Origin: Candidatus Binataceae bacterium
GTDB taxonomy: Bacteria; Desulfobacterota; Binatia; Binatales; Binataceae
DNA length: 64,000 nt
Assembly (NCBI GenBank): GCA_035524095.1
Contig: DATKPK010000264.1
Location: 10,546 to 74,545, forward strand
Direction of reading: 5' to 3'
The position numbers were made by a program, and so were the translations under genes. The notes below the pieces were generated by a model. That model had not been told where the DNA came from, ran no database searches, and saw nothing but the letters and a program-made list of their open reading frames with translations. Positions 1 through 10,507 of this stretch are shown piece by piece; positions within the stretch are counted from its first letter, which is position 1; each line of letters begins with the position of its first letter.

Positions 1-769
1 GGCACATCCCGGCCCATTCGTCGTCTGACAAGGCGGCCGCCGTGATGTAGCGATCTTGCGTGGCGAAAACGAGGTCTGGACCCTCCTCACCCATCGAAGG
101 ATCGCGTTCGTCGCCCACTAATGTGAGACCCGGCATCGCCTCGGGCCAGAGGAAGGCAATCATCGCGTCGAGCATCGCGAGCCGGACGTGCTGGCCTTGA
201 CCCGATCGTCCGCGAGCGAAAAGCGCGGCGGTAATCGCCTGGGCGGCGGTCAGCGCGGTGACGTTGTCGGCAACAATAGTGCGGACCATGCGTGGCCGGC
301 CCGTTTCTTTATCGGCCTGAATGTCCGCCAGACCGGACATCGCCTGAATCACTGGGTCGTAGGCGCGTTGGGCAGAGTATGGGCCGCTCTCGCCATAACC
401 GCTAATCGAGACGTATACAAGGTCCTTGCGAAGAGCGCGTACCGTCACCTCGCTCAAGCCGATTCGTTCCGCGGTGCCGGGGCGGAAGTTATGCACCAGC
501 ACATCGGCAGTCGGGATGAGCTTGTGCATGATCTCGATGCCATCATGTGATTTAAGATCGACGGACAATGACCGCTTGTTGCGATTGCACGAGAGAAAGA
601 ACGCCGACATCCCATTGCGGCGCAGGCTAAGATGGCGCATCAGGTCACCACCGGGCGGCTCGATCTTGATGACGTCCGCGCCCTGGTCAGCGAGGATCAT
701 TGTTGCGACCGGACCCGCAACCATCGAGGTCAAGTCCAGTACGCGTACTCCGTCAAGCGGTCCTGCCAT
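1..769 (-). CDS. Family III CoA-transferase (CaiB/BaiF family), N-terminal part; C-terminus lies beyond the window start
   Basis: Reverse-complement translation from CAT at 767-769 reads MAGPLDGVRVLDLTSMVAGPVATMILADQGADVIKIEPPGGD.., the typical family III CoA-transferase N-terminus. It runs off the window, so it is absent from the ORF track. Confidence 0.8.
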   Translation of the reverse strand, partial: MAGPLDGVRVLDLTSMVAGPVATMILADQGADVIKIEPPGGDLMRHLSLRRNGMSAFFLSCNRNKRSLSVDLKSHDGIEIMHKLIPTADVLVHNFRPGTAERIGLSEVTVRALRKDLVYVSISGYGESGPYSAQRAYDPVIQAMSGLADIQADKETGRPRMVRTIVADNVTALTAAQAITAALFARGRSGQGQHVRLAMLDAMIAFLWPEAMPGLTLVGDERDPSMGEEGPDLVFATQDRYITAAALSDDEWAGMC

Positions 770-794
770 ATTGCTATACCAATGGAATAGTCAG

Positions 795-1436
795 TTATTG
801 TTTGGCTGGAAAATTACGTTTCAACGCCGCCTTATAGACTGGACGCGAGGACACCCGTTCTCGGTATTGACGGAACGATTCGGGGAGAAGAATCTTCAGT
901 GACAGCGCCCAATCGAGGCAAGTTGTCAGGAGAAGATCGGCTACACTTAAGAGGTCGCCGAACAAATACGGTTTGCTGCTCTGGAGTCGCGGAGCCATGG
1001 CTTCAAGGTTTCTGATGAAATAGTTTTGCGCGCTGGCGACGGCGATCGGCGCATCGCCGTAAATGTCTTTCAATCCCTGGTGGCGGCGGATGATGTAGAG
1101 AGAAGCCGCGTCCAGTTCCGAGATGACGAAATAATTCCATTCGTTGACGGGGGCTCGCTCCGCAGGATTGGCCGGAAGGTAAAAGGCGTTAGGGTTGCCA
1201 AAGGTGTCGGCGAGGTACTGCACGATCGCCGCGCTTTCGGTCAGAACGAACGATCGATGCCGGAGGACAGGAATCTTAAGCCGGGGATTGAGGTGCTCAA
1301 ACTGGTTAGTCAAAGTCTCGCTGCTACGCGGTGGCCAAGGATGGAATTCGTATTCGAGTCCCAACTCCAGCAGCATCCAATGGACTCGCATAGTGCGGCT
1401 GGAGCCGACTCCCCATATAGTCAGATCATGCGGCAT
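795..1436 (-). CDS. Glutathione S-transferase
   Basis: 213 aa. N-terminal thioredoxin-like GST fold (IWGVGSSRTMRVHWMLLELGLEYEF, IPVLRH..LTESAAIVQYL) and C-terminal helical GST domain. The stop is 26 bp upstream of the CoA-transferase start, suggesting an operon. Confidence 0.85.
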   Translation of the reverse strand: MPHDLTIWGVGSSRTMRVHWMLLELGLEYEFHPWPPRSSETLTNQFEHLNPRLKIPVLRHRSFVLTESAAIVQYLADTFGNPNAFYLPANPAERAPVNEWNYFVISELDAASLYIIRRHQGLKDIYGDAPIAVASAQNYFIRNLEAMAPRLQSSKPYLFGDLLSVADLLLTTCLDWALSLKILLPESFRQYRERVSSRPVYKAALKRNFPAKQ

Positions 1437-1454
1437 CAGCTTGTAATCCCGCCG

Positions 1455-2177
1455 CTAGAAATTCTCTTTGAACGGGCGCAGGTCGAGTTCGTGGCTCCAA
1501 ACGCTGCGATCTTGATGCGCGAGGTACCAGAAGGCATCTGCTATAGCCGAAGGCTTCAGAAGATCCTCTTCTTTGGCGTTGGGCCGCAGGTTTCGCAGGA
1601 GTGGCATATCGATGCCGCCATCGACGTTGACATATGCAACGTGAATCCCTTGCGGATGGAGGTCGCGAGCCATCACCTGCGCGAGGCCGCGGACGGCAAA
1701 CTTGGCAGGCGCGAATGCGGCTGAATTCGGCCAGGGCCGAATTCCTGCGGTAGCGCCAGTAATAAGAATTGTACCGGCTCCGCGCGAAAGCATCTCGGGA
1801 ACGACCTCGCGCGACCACAGAAAGGCGCCGAAAGTATGAAGGCGCCAGGTCTCTTCGAAAACTTTCGGCGTGGTTTCCATCAACCGTCCGATGGGACGGC
1901 GTCCGCCGTTGAAAATCAAGATATCGATCGGGCCGAGATCACGCGCGATCCGGTGATGCGCATCGGCGATCTGATCGGCAAGAGTCGCGTCACTTTGGAT
2001 CGGCTGAGCGATGCCACCCGCAGCCGTGATCTCGCTTGCGACCTTCGCGACAACTTCATTGCCGCGTGCGATCAGCGCCACTTTGTAGGCTGAGGCGAAG
2101 CGCTTCGCGAGCGCCGCACCGAGGCCCTCGCCGACGCCCACTACGACTGCAACTCCAGATCTACTTTCAGAAGTCAT
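1455..2177 (-). CDS. SDR-family oxidoreductase (atypical VGVGxGLG glycine motif)
   Basis: 240 aa with a Rossmann N-terminus, AxxxK-type catalytic region and C-terminal ..HQDRSVWSHELDLRPFKENF. Clear paralogue of the 25146-25862 protein. Confidence 0.8.
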   Translation of the reverse strand: MTSESRSGVAVVVGVGEGLGAALAKRFASAYKVALIARGNEVVAKVASEITAAGGIAQPIQSDATLADQIADAHHRIARDLGPIDILIFNGGRRPIGRLMETTPKVFEETWRLHTFGAFLWSREVVPEMLSRGAGTILITGATAGIRPWPNSAAFAPAKFAVRGLAQVMARDLHPQGIHVAYVNVDGGIDMPLLRNLRPNAKEEDLLKPSAIADAFWYLAHQDRSVWSHELDLRPFKENF

Positions 2178-2297
2178 CGGCCTTTCCTTACTGGTGAATA
2201 AGCCTCACTCATCCACTTGAGTGGTCTTTGCACGTCGTTGTCAGTCCGCCGATGCGCCGGGACTAGAGCATCACCGCATCTTTACCAGAATCGCTTG

Positions 2298-2317
2298 TAT
2301 ATGCAAGGAAGCATATA
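2298..2317. promoter_or_regulatory. 20-bp palindrome TATATGCaaggaaGCATATA in the promoter region of the SDR-GST-CoA-transferase operon
   Basis: Perfect 7-bp inverted arms with a 6-bp spacer, about 120 bp upstream of the minus-strand SDR start at 2177. It is the kind of site a dimeric repressor binds. Confidence 0.35.
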
Positions 2318-2620
2318 TCGAACCACAAAGAAAAGCGTGGGATTGCGTGAAGAATGAGGCAGTCGAGGAGGGATCTTCGCTATTTGCTTCGCATAGTGCG
2401 AGCAAACACGAAGTGTAGAGAGTGTCGAGACGAGAAAACGAGCCGGAGTGTTTAGCTGGCGCGACGTGGCCGAGGTGGGATTCGTCGGGATCTGGCGAGA
2501 GGGTATTTTAACCTACAATAGGTGTTCGGCAGCATTTCATAACCCGGCAAGCAATGGGCGTTTGGACTTTGATCAATCGCGCGAAATAAAATCGCGAATA
2601 ACGACCTGAGGTCATTCATG

Positions 2621-3796
2621 TCATGGTAGGTGGACGTTGCCCATGCCTCCTCCGCCGGATCCGCTGGTAGAGTCGAGAATCCGGACATCACGGGAATTCG
2701 AGCCGATGATGCAGGTGGGTCCCGCGCCTCGATCACATCTGGCGCGAGGATTTAGATTCGCGAAGAAGACATCCTCGAAGGATGCCCACGGTCCCGATCC
2801 TCCGCAGATATGTTCGGGATGAATGGATACCAAGGCGCGGATATTGGCGCTTGGATGATCATTTTGAATCTGGCCGCCGTGAAAGTCGACGAATGACCAG
2901 GCATTACAGTTGGAGATATCGAAAACCGGTGCGGAGATGGCAGCGAAGTATTCGATGTAACAACCGAAGCATCGGAAGCCCGCGCCCGTGATGATGGCAC
3001 TGTTGCCGAGTCCGTCGAAGGAAGTCTCATTCATTGTGATGCCGCAGCCGTAACTCCTGACACCGATCTCAGAGTTGAAAATGACGCCCTGGTTGATCGT
3101 AATATTCTCGCCGGCGTTCTTGAGCCCTGCCGGACAATCCACGCCGACGCCAGTATTCCAAATGGACGGATGGTCAATCTGATCCACGAAGGCGAAATTC
3201 CCGAACTGGACGCCTACTCCGAACCCATTAATATCGGGCCGCTCGATCACTGTCTGCCCGGTCTCGATACGTATCCCGACCGTCGCGCTGGAGGACCCCG
3301 GACCAATCAGATGAAGCTCATCCCACGGAACGAGATTATCGCCATAAGGACTGGATGGGTGACTGGAAACAATGGAGATTGCGACGGTCGAAGCAGCGCT
3401 GAACGACAACGCGTGGAAGTCGAGAACGGCGCCATTGCCCCGGATGCCGACGCATGAACCAGGGAAGATGAGCGTCGACTTGACTACACAAGTGCGTCCG
3501 GCGGGGAGACTAATATAGTTTTGATTGGTGGCGTCCTGGCTGGCAGCGATAACGCATTTGGAAGCTGCGGCCTTGATCGCTCGGCCAAGCGCGAGCGTGT
3601 CGTCCGTGCGGCCGTCACACTTTGCACCGTAACGCAGTACCTCAACGCCTCCGCCATTACCAAGCTGAGCGCGGGTTTCGGACGCATGCGCGTTAATCAG
3701 GGCGGCGGCCAAAACTAATAAGAGAAACTTTAAGGCACGCGGTTGAAAAATCAGCCGCGGAAAAGTCTGACGCTTTCGATGATTGCGTTGATTCAA
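2621..3796 (-). CDS. Secreted right-handed beta-helix (pectate-lyase fold) protein, WcaM-like polysaccharide hydrolase/lyase candidate
   Basis: 391 aa with an N-terminal signal peptide (LKFLLLVLAAALINAHA). Gly/Asn-rich parallel beta-helix repeats (GIRGNGAVLDF, NITINQGVIFNSEIGV..). It is the last gene of the EPS operon, analogous to wcaM/pslG-type processing enzymes. Confidence 0.6.
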   Translation of the reverse strand: MNQRNHRKRQTFPRLIFQPRALKFLLLVLAAALINAHASETRAQLGNGGGVEVLRYGAKCDGRTDDTLALGRAIKAAASKCVIAASQDATNQNYISLPAGRTCVVKSTLIFPGSCVGIRGNGAVLDFHALSFSAASTVAISIVSSHPSSPYGDNLVPWDELHLIGPGSSSATVGIRIETGQTVIERPDINGFGVGVQFGNFAFVDQIDHPSIWNTGVGVDCPAGLKNAGENITINQGVIFNSEIGVRSYGCGITMNETSFDGLGNSAIITGAGFRCFGCYIEYFAAISAPVFDISNCNAWSFVDFHGGQIQNDHPSANIRALVSIHPEHICGGSGPWASFEDVFFANLNPRARCDRGAGPTCIIGSNSRDVRILDSTSGSGGGGMGNVHLP

Positions 3797-3811
3797 ATAG
3801 CTACAAGCCGC

Positions 3812-4999
3812 TTAAGTGCGTGCAGCGACGTCGTCTAAAAGTGCTTCCCAGGCTGCGACGGCAGTTCGAGCGCCGCTGTCCGCTAGATCTTCATGCAGAG
3901 AGACTGTCTGGGACAGACGACACTGTCGCTTGTCGATTACTGAGCCGATCGCATCAGCCATCGCTATGTGATCGTCGACTGGCACGAGTAAGCCGTAACT
4001 GCCTCCATCGAGAATCTCGCGCGGACCAGCGACACAGTCAGTGGAAACGATCGGTATTCCCAAGGCTCGAGCTTCCATTAACGCGAGCGGCAGACCCTCA
4101 AAACGCGACGCCAGAACGAAAACATCAGATCGCCGCATTATTGAGTACGGATTCGCCGTGAAACCCGGCATCTCAACGTATCCTTGCAATGATAAATCGG
4201 TCACCAGCTGCATAAGCTTGGAACGTTCCGGTCCCTCGCCAAGGATGATAAGACGGCACCGGTTGCCCCGCGCATGAAGTTCGTGGACCGCCCGGAGCAG
4301 AATGTCGAAGCCCTTTTGTGGCGCGAGTCTTCCAACCGCCGTTAACATGGCATCGCCGCCAGGGTGACCAAGTTCAACGGCCCGATCACCACCGGCAAGC
4401 TGCCGTACGCGCTCATGGTTAATGAAATTGGGGATGAACTCGACTCGCGTGCGCGCGAATGGGATCCGTTTCGCCAGCACTTCATATGCGCGTTCGCATG
4501 GAAACACGCTGGCCGCGAGCCTCGGCTGAACCAGTCTCATCAAAAACCGGTGACGTACGCTATCCATCGGAGAGCCGGGAACGGCGGCATTTTGCACCCA
4601 TCCGATAACTGGCCGGCGTGTGACAATGCCTGCGAGCCAGGCGAGGTAAGTAGTGCGGCATTGCAGGCAGGCGACGATCACGTCAACGGCCTGCGCGCTC
4701 GCGATTAAACGAGGCAAAGGGCTGAAGAAGGCTTTGTCGCCGCTTCTGTCGACGGCATTAGACACTAAGTGTTCAGGCGAAGCTTCTGAGAGCAACGCGC
4801 CTTTATGCTGAAAGAGAAACAGGCAGGGCCGCACGCGATCACGCCCCAGCAGGCGCAATAAATCTAGAGTGACGCGCTCGGCCCCTCCGCCGTCGAGAGA
4901 AGGCAGAACGAATAGTGCGCGCAGTGCTCGGCACATCGGCCTGGAAAGATTACAGGCTCTGCCAGATGGCCAGGCAGCCTGGAGAAGATGGTTGAGCAC
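3812..4999 (-). CDS. Glycosyltransferase family 4 (GT-B)
   Basis: C-terminal GT1/GT4 signature ..ASRFEGLPLALMEARALGIPIVSTDCVAGPREIL... The true start may be an internal Met (MCRALRALFVLPSLDGGGAE). Confidence 0.85.
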   Translation of the reverse strand: MLNHLLQAAWPSGRACNLSRPMCRALRALFVLPSLDGGGAERVTLDLLRLLGRDRVRPCLFLFQHKGALLSEASPEHLVSNAVDRSGDKAFFSPLPRLIASAQAVDVIVACLQCRTTYLAWLAGIVTRRPVIGWVQNAAVPGSPMDSVRHRFLMRLVQPRLAASVFPCERAYEVLAKRIPFARTRVEFIPNFINHERVRQLAGGDRAVELGHPGGDAMLTAVGRLAPQKGFDILLRAVHELHARGNRCRLIILGEGPERSKLMQLVTDLSLQGYVEMPGFTANPYSIMRRSDVFVLASRFEGLPLALMEARALGIPIVSTDCVAGPREILDGGSYGLLVPVDDHIAMADAIGSVIDKRQCRLSQTVSLHEDLADSGARTAVAAWEALLDDVAART

Positions 5000-5036
5000 C
5001 GTCAGTTTTCAGGACAGCTGTCTGAGAGACGAGCTC

Positions 5037-6191
5037 CTAGTTCAACCCTGGGATCAAGCCGCATTCATAACGTTCGCGCCATCGATTTGCGCCAAAACCA
5101 TGACCGAGCAGGACAAAGATCCTTACTTCGCGAGAAACTTTATGGCCGTCGGACACCTTATAGCCAGGATTTCTCAGTAACGAAGAATCGCGCTCCCGCA
5201 ACAGACCTTCGGTCAATTTGCGATGGCGTTTGGCATATCCTTGCTTGGTCAATTCGCCGGTCAGCATGCGACGCTGCGCGCTCTCGACCATAGCGAGACC
5301 TCGGGCGCGATCAGCGCAAAGCGAGTCCACCATCTCGCGCATGGCGTCCGGTGAACCCAACGGAACAAAAGCGATCTCGTCATCAGAGAAATAAGCACGT
5401 AGTCCTCCGGTATCTGTGGCGACGACCGGCAGACCTGAAATGGTCCCTTCAAAAATCACTGTGATTCCTGAGGCGTGGCGATTGTACTTGAGTGGCACGA
5501 CCACGAGATCTGCCCATTGATAGACTTGGCGGACATCTGTCTCGGTCTGCGCTTTAGCCAGTCGGACATTTGAAACATTACGCAACTGCCGTTGAGTCAC
5601 TTGCCGGGACGCGATCATTAATTCGTATTCACTTCGTCCCCCGAAAGCGCGCAGCAAGGTTTTCCAATCGCGATGCATGTCGTTTCCTAGCGCGGCTATC
5701 CTTACAGGGCGATGAATGGGATCTCCGCGCGGTTCAATCATCCATTCGACTGCTCCGCCTGACAAGACGCACGCGGTTGGACGATTCGGAAAAAGAGTGC
5801 GGGCCGCATCAAAGTCTTCAGGTGACTGTGTAGTAATGATGTCCGCATACTTTAGCAAGTAGCGATACAACGCGCGTTTGACCGTTGAGAAATTGCTCCA
5901 ACTGTCGAACAGCCAAACGCATTGAGCCAGCAGTTTCGGCACTGGTGGGTGGCTAAGAGAAAGAATAACGGAGGCTGCCAGATGCTCGCGCTCAGTATGG
6001 GTCCACACGACGTCAGCCGCTCGCAAGGCTTCGCGGTTTCGCCAGGCGTGGAGGAGGTCAAATCCCAGAAGCCGTCCCAGCATTCGACGAAATAGCTCAG
6101 CGAGGAGACTCTCCTCTCCGTCTTCTGAACAAAGGATAGACCATCCGCCGCCTTGGGCGTAGTGATAGCCGTATGGTAAATACGTTTTCAC
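5037..6191 (-). CDS. Glycosyltransferase family 4 (GT-B)
   Basis: GT4 C-terminal domain (..GITVIFEGTISGLPVVATDTGGLRAYF..); 384 aa. Confidence 0.8.
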   Translation of the reverse strand: MKTYLPYGYHYAQGGGWSILCSEDGEESLLAELFRRMLGRLLGFDLLHAWRNREALRAADVVWTHTEREHLAASVILSLSHPPVPKLLAQCVWLFDSWSNFSTVKRALYRYLLKYADIITTQSPEDFDAARTLFPNRPTACVLSGGAVEWMIEPRGDPIHRPVRIAALGNDMHRDWKTLLRAFGGRSEYELMIASRQVTQRQLRNVSNVRLAKAQTETDVRQVYQWADLVVVPLKYNRHASGITVIFEGTISGLPVVATDTGGLRAYFSDDEIAFVPLGSPDAMREMVDSLCADRARGLAMVESAQRRMLTGELTKQGYAKRHRKLTEGLLRERDSSLLRNPGYKVSDGHKVSREVRIFVLLGHGFGANRWRERYECGLIPGLN

Positions 6192-6226
6192 AGTTTTCCA
6201 GTGAGAAAGAGAGATCGTACCGTGGC

Positions 6227-7690
6227 TCAGATGCGTCGGTAAACTGTGTTGAGCGAGGCCGGGTCAAAATCTAGAACAGGCGAGTCGTCGGGCCTCGCGG
6301 CTTCAAAACCCGTTGGTGCAGGCCATCTTTGACGGATTGAAGCTATTAGGATGCCCCACAACAGCCACAAGACTGGATCGCTGATTTCGGCGCCTGACTC
6401 AACGAGTGCGAGCAAATGGGCGGCGAAAGCCACTGCAAATGCGCGATGACAGATTGTTGCAGAGGCTTGTGCGGGGACTGCGCTTTGAACTACACGGCTC
6501 ATTCTGACTAAAGAATACATCAGCCAAGAGAAAAGCAGTACTCCCGCCAGCCCTAGATTGCTCATAATATAAGCCGCCATACTCATCGCTCGGTCGGAGC
6601 CTAATCCAGCGCCAAGCCCGTAGGTGGCCATGAGAGTGTCAAAGCTCCGAGCCACGGTAGCCATACGATGTAGTGACGAGCCCGACTGAGCTTTGTCGAG
6701 AAGGACATCGGAAAGAAGAACTCGGCCTTCGTAGGTTATCAGACACGCAACGGTTACAGCGATCGCAAGCAAGCCGATAGTCGCGATGATTAAAGCAGAG
6801 CCACGCTTTGCTGATAAGTCGATTAATTGACGCCAAAACATCCAGAGCAGTACGACCGCGGTCGTGATGTAGCCAGTCGTCGAAGTAGTACCAATCACCA
6901 CCACGATTCCGGCAAGACCAAAGGCCAAATGCAGCCAACGGCGCCCATCGTGACTGGATGCCAGAGCTAATTCGAAGCCTACCCAAGCCGAGAGAAAAGA
7001 TCCCGCCCCGGAGGATTCGTCAAAGGTTGCGCTGATGCGTGTAGCTCCGTTCAAGTCTTGGCTGGTAAGCTGAGCCCATGCCGGATTACTGTTGAAGAGC
7101 TCTCGTGGAAAAGGCAGTCCGCAATGGCGAGCGACGAACTGATAAGCACCGACCGCGACAACTATTAGGCCTGACAAACAGAACCTCGTGCAAAAGGCTT
7201 GCATGTCTGCAGGGGTTCGACTCGCTTCGACCAAATGAAAAACAACGATTAGATCGAGCAGCAGGTAGCCGGCTTGGCCAGCGTTGCTCAGACTCCAGTG
7301 CAATGGTAGGCGCGTATAGTAAGTGGCATCGGGACCGGCGCGGCCCAGGTCAACTGGCAGGCCGCGAAAGAGGATTGGAAGAATGAATGCCGACAAAACT
7401 GCCCATCCAACAAATGCAGTCACTATCTGAAGGTAGACACGAAGCGGCACGCTCAATCGGACATTCAGTCCATAGTTCAGCCATCTTGGAATCGAGTGAA
7501 GCGCGATCAGAAGAGCGATAAAATAGAAAGGGGCTATTCCCACTGGAAAAGTTCCGCCGCTCAGACTGAATACAGAAGCGGCTGCGAAGACCGCGGCTAT
7601 GATCGCGACTTGCGCGAGTTTATGGGGAGCGAAGAAAAAAAACGCGAGCCCTATAGGTACTAGCGCGATTCCGCTCGGTGGAATTGCCAT
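6227..7690 (-). CDS. O-antigen ligase/polymerase family membrane protein (Wzy-like)
   Basis: 487 aa polytopic membrane protein (more than 10 hydrophobic helices) with a large loop. Sits where the polymerase is found in Wzx/Wzy loci. Confidence 0.55.
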   Translation of the reverse strand: MAIPPSGIALVPIGLAFFFFAPHKLAQVAIIAAVFAAASVFSLSGGTFPVGIAPFYFIALLIALHSIPRWLNYGLNVRLSVPLRVYLQIVTAFVGWAVLSAFILPILFRGLPVDLGRAGPDATYYTRLPLHWSLSNAGQAGYLLLDLIVVFHLVEASRTPADMQAFCTRFCLSGLIVVAVGAYQFVARHCGLPFPRELFNSNPAWAQLTSQDLNGATRISATFDESSGAGSFLSAWVGFELALASSHDGRRWLHLAFGLAGIVVVIGTTSTTGYITTAVVLLWMFWRQLIDLSAKRGSALIIATIGLLAIAVTVACLITYEGRVLLSDVLLDKAQSGSSLHRMATVARSFDTLMATYGLGAGLGSDRAMSMAAYIMSNLGLAGVLLFSWLMYSLVRMSRVVQSAVPAQASATICHRAFAVAFAAHLLALVESGAEISDPVLWLLWGILIASIRQRWPAPTGFEAARPDDSPVLDFDPASLNTVYRRI

Positions 7691-7781
7691 ATCAGAAAGT
7701 AAGGAGCGATATCGGAATTTGCTGATGGGTCTAAGGAAAGCTCAAGCAGTCGCTACCGGAACACCAGCTTGGCGGCTCCCA

Positions 7782-8978
7782 TCAAGTTAGCCATCCGCCA
7801 ACAACTACTCGGCGTGCGGCATTCAATACTGAGTCTATCTGGATTTCCGCCATGCAACGCCCGTAATCAGGATTGGCGCAGCGAGTGGGCACTATATTAC
7901 GATAGCTGTCGACGCAGGGACTGCATTGCGCAGTGGTTTCGTAAACATGCGTTACCCTTGTGCCTGCTGGTGCCCATTGCTCGGCTGAAGTTGCACCGAA
8001 GAGACCGACAGTTGGCGTGCCCATGGCCGCGCCGAGGTGCATCACGCCCGTGTCGTTGCTTACCAGCAAATCGCATTCCTTCAAAACGCTGGCTGTCATA
8101 GTGATTGAATCCAGTCCAGTTCCGTCGATGCTTGGACCCTTGTAAATCGATCGGAACTGAGCAAGCAGCGCACGCTCATGAGGTTGACCGGTCAGGATAA
8201 TCGCCGGGTTGGGATCGCAATGTGAAAACCCGTCGGCCAATGAGGCAAAGTTGAGGAGTGGCCAACGCTTGAAGGGTTGACCACTGCCGCATCCAAGATG
8301 AAAGGCAATCTTGCGCGCCCGCGGATTTGTCACTCGACTCATCAGCCATGAGCGGCCCGCGCGGAGTTGTTCTTCAGACAAGGGTAACGGCAGGGGTACA
8401 AGCAAATCTGGCAGGCGCCTATCGATTAGCCGAGCGATTGCGAGGAATGATTGCCACATCGAAACCCCGCCACGAAAGCCGATCGCGTGGGTCAGAAACC
8501 GTATCTTGGCTCTAGATTCATTGCCTACAAAACCGATTCGAGTCGGAATACCGGTAGCGTGAAGAAAACCACTGCCGGCGAGGGAAGCCTGCTCGAAGTT
8601 TACCAATGCATCGTAAGAGCAAGCTCTGATTTCATGGAGTGTTCGCAAGGCCGAGCGGAGCGTTAGATTCTTTTGACTATATCGATGAAGACGGAAATTA
8701 CCGCCAACCGCGAGCACCTCTTCTGTCGCATCACCGGCCAGGATGCCTAGCGAGAGCGATTCATTTCGACATCGAAGATGTTCGATTGCCGATCGCACCA
8801 AAACAGCGTCGCCCATGCCGTGTACCTTTACGACTAGCAATCGGGAAGGAGGCGATGGCAAGGGCTGTCCCATTACGACCCTAGGAGACAAGGGTAAATT
8901 CCGGAGAAGGCGCTCACAGGTGTGTGTGAGCCACGGCCTGCGGCCAGCTACCAACGGACTTGAGGCAAAACTCCTCAA
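7782..8978 (-). CDS. Glycosyltransferase family 9 (heptosyltransferase-like)
   Basis: GT9 N-terminal motif LVVKVHGMGDAVLVRSAIEHL and C-terminal ..LVSNDTGVMHLGAAMGTPTVGLFGATS... Overlaps the downstream sugar transferase by 4 bp. Confidence 0.8.
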   Translation of the reverse strand: MRSFASSPLVAGRRPWLTHTCERLLRNLPLSPRVVMGQPLPSPPSRLLVVKVHGMGDAVLVRSAIEHLRCRNESLSLGILAGDATEEVLAVGGNFRLHRYSQKNLTLRSALRTLHEIRACSYDALVNFEQASLAGSGFLHATGIPTRIGFVGNESRAKIRFLTHAIGFRGGVSMWQSFLAIARLIDRRLPDLLVPLPLPLSEEQLRAGRSWLMSRVTNPRARKIAFHLGCGSGQPFKRWPLLNFASLADGFSHCDPNPAIILTGQPHERALLAQFRSIYKGPSIDGTGLDSITMTASVLKECDLLVSNDTGVMHLGAAMGTPTVGLFGATSAEQWAPAGTRVTHVYETTAQCSPCVDSYRNIVPTRCANPDYGRCMAEIQIDSVLNAARRVVVGGWLT

Positions 8979-10387
8979 TGAGCACCTTCCGCACGGGTCA
9001 CTGCGCTGACGGTCTTGAGCATGATCTGGAGGTCGCCCCGCAAAGACTGATCGCGGATGTATTCCATGTCTAGCCTGACTCGATCGGCATAATCAGTGAT
9101 CAAGCTGCGGCCGTTGACTTGCCAATAGCCAGTCATTCCGGGTTTGACTGACAAGAGCAACTTAGCGTAGTCGTCGTACTGTTTGATCTCGTCAGGAACA
9201 ATTGGTCGAGGTCCCACGAGACTCATCTCCCCGCTAAGAACGTTGAATAATTGTGGCAATTCATCCAGGCTGAAGGTTCGCAGAAAACGACCTAGCGGGG
9301 TAATCCGGAAGTCATCTTCTGTTGCAAGTTTAAAGTTCCCTTCGCGATATCTGCTATACAGCTTAGTGTCCGCTTTAAGGACGGCTTCTGCGTCAGCACG
9401 CATGGTACGGAACTTAAATATGCGGAAATAGCTGGCGTCTTTACCGAGTCGCTGTTGGCGGAAGAAGACTGGTCCCGACGAAGTTAATTTTACTGCGATT
9501 CCGATCAGACACATCAGCGGAGCGAAGACTAGCAAGGCTATTGCGGCAAGGACAATATCAAAGAAGCGCTTGAGGATCGCTTGCCAAGGAGCCAAAGATC
9601 CAGGTCTTAGGGTGATTACCGGGATTCCTCCCACCTCGCTCACTGAGTAGCGAAACAAGGCACTATCCAGCAAAGCAGGAACTATATGCACCGCGTTGCA
9701 TTGCTTCAGCAAAGACACGATGGTGTCGCCGGTAGGAGTGCTATGGTTTTCGGACGGCATAACGAATACGTCGGTAGGAGGACTCAGTTGAGAATCACTC
9801 AACAGTGACATTTTTGTCGTTCGAGTATCTGTTCTAAGGGCGACTGACTCATAAGCATGCAGGCGCCTGAGTAGATTCAGTAGCCCCATACCAGTTGAGG
9901 GTTCACCCAAGATTATCGCGTTGCGGTAATGAGCCGGGCGGACGAACTGGCGTAACGCGTGATTCTCGAAAAGGCACTTGAGAATCATCGCGAGGGCCGC
10001 AGCCGTCAGAAATCCGAGTGTAAATTCACGACTAAGGCCTCGCAGTTTCAATATGAAGATTGCGACCGCGATAAACCCCAGCCACAAGGTGATTGCGCGT
10101 AGTAAGTGCCGCCATGAGCGTGCCAGCCACACGTCGTCGTCCCACTTGTAGACGCGCAGATAGCTGGTGGTTACTGCCCACAACAGAAGACTCGCGGAAA
10201 GTAAAATCGCGTATGATGAGGGCCAACCGATGATGTCGCCTCGATGGTGTTGTGGCCATATGAAAGCCCCAGACTGCTGCATCCTGGAGGCTGTCTTAGC
10301 TGCGAGCCCGAACGCTGCAACGATACAGCAATAGTCGAGTAGCCGCGAAAGAAAGCTGACGACGGGAGTGCGTGAGTCAAATTGCAT
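8975..10387 (-). CDS. Undecaprenyl-phosphate sugar phosphotransferase (WbaP/EpsB-type priming bacterial sugar transferase)
   Basis: 470 aa with N-terminal TM helices and the conserved C-terminal bacterial sugar transferase domain (FDIVLAAIALLVFAPLM..SSGPVFFRQQRLG..FRIFKFRTM..DELPQLFNVLSGEMSLVGPRP). Confidence 0.9.
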   Translation of the reverse strand: MQFDSRTPVVSFLSRLLDYCCIVAAFGLAAKTASRMQQSGAFIWPQHHRGDIIGWPSSYAILLSASLLLWAVTTSYLRVYKWDDDVWLARSWRHLLRAITLWLGFIAVAIFILKLRGLSREFTLGFLTAAALAMILKCLFENHALRQFVRPAHYRNAIILGEPSTGMGLLNLLRRLHAYESVALRTDTRTTKMSLLSDSQLSPPTDVFVMPSENHSTPTGDTIVSLLKQCNAVHIVPALLDSALFRYSVSEVGGIPVITLRPGSLAPWQAILKRFFDIVLAAIALLVFAPLMCLIGIAVKLTSSGPVFFRQQRLGKDASYFRIFKFRTMRADAEAVLKADTKLYSRYREGNFKLATEDDFRITPLGRFLRTFSLDELPQLFNVLSGEMSLVGPRPIVPDEIKQYDDYAKLLLSVKPGMTGYWQVNGRSLITDYADRVRLDMEYIRDQSLRGDLQIMLKTVSAVTRAEGAH

Positions 10388-10507
10388 CTTGGGTCTCGCC
10401 GCTTGCTAAATAATTGATCGAAACCGCCCCTAAACTCGGCATTAGAGGACGATTGTGCCGACAATTTGCTAAAAAATAGCGATCCGGATTGCTCAAAAAA
10501 GGCGAAC

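Noticed and set aside
188-902. Two plus-strand ORFs (188-550, 426-902) at the window start
   Set aside because: Antisense to a clearly recognisable family III CoA-transferase N-terminus on the minus strand.
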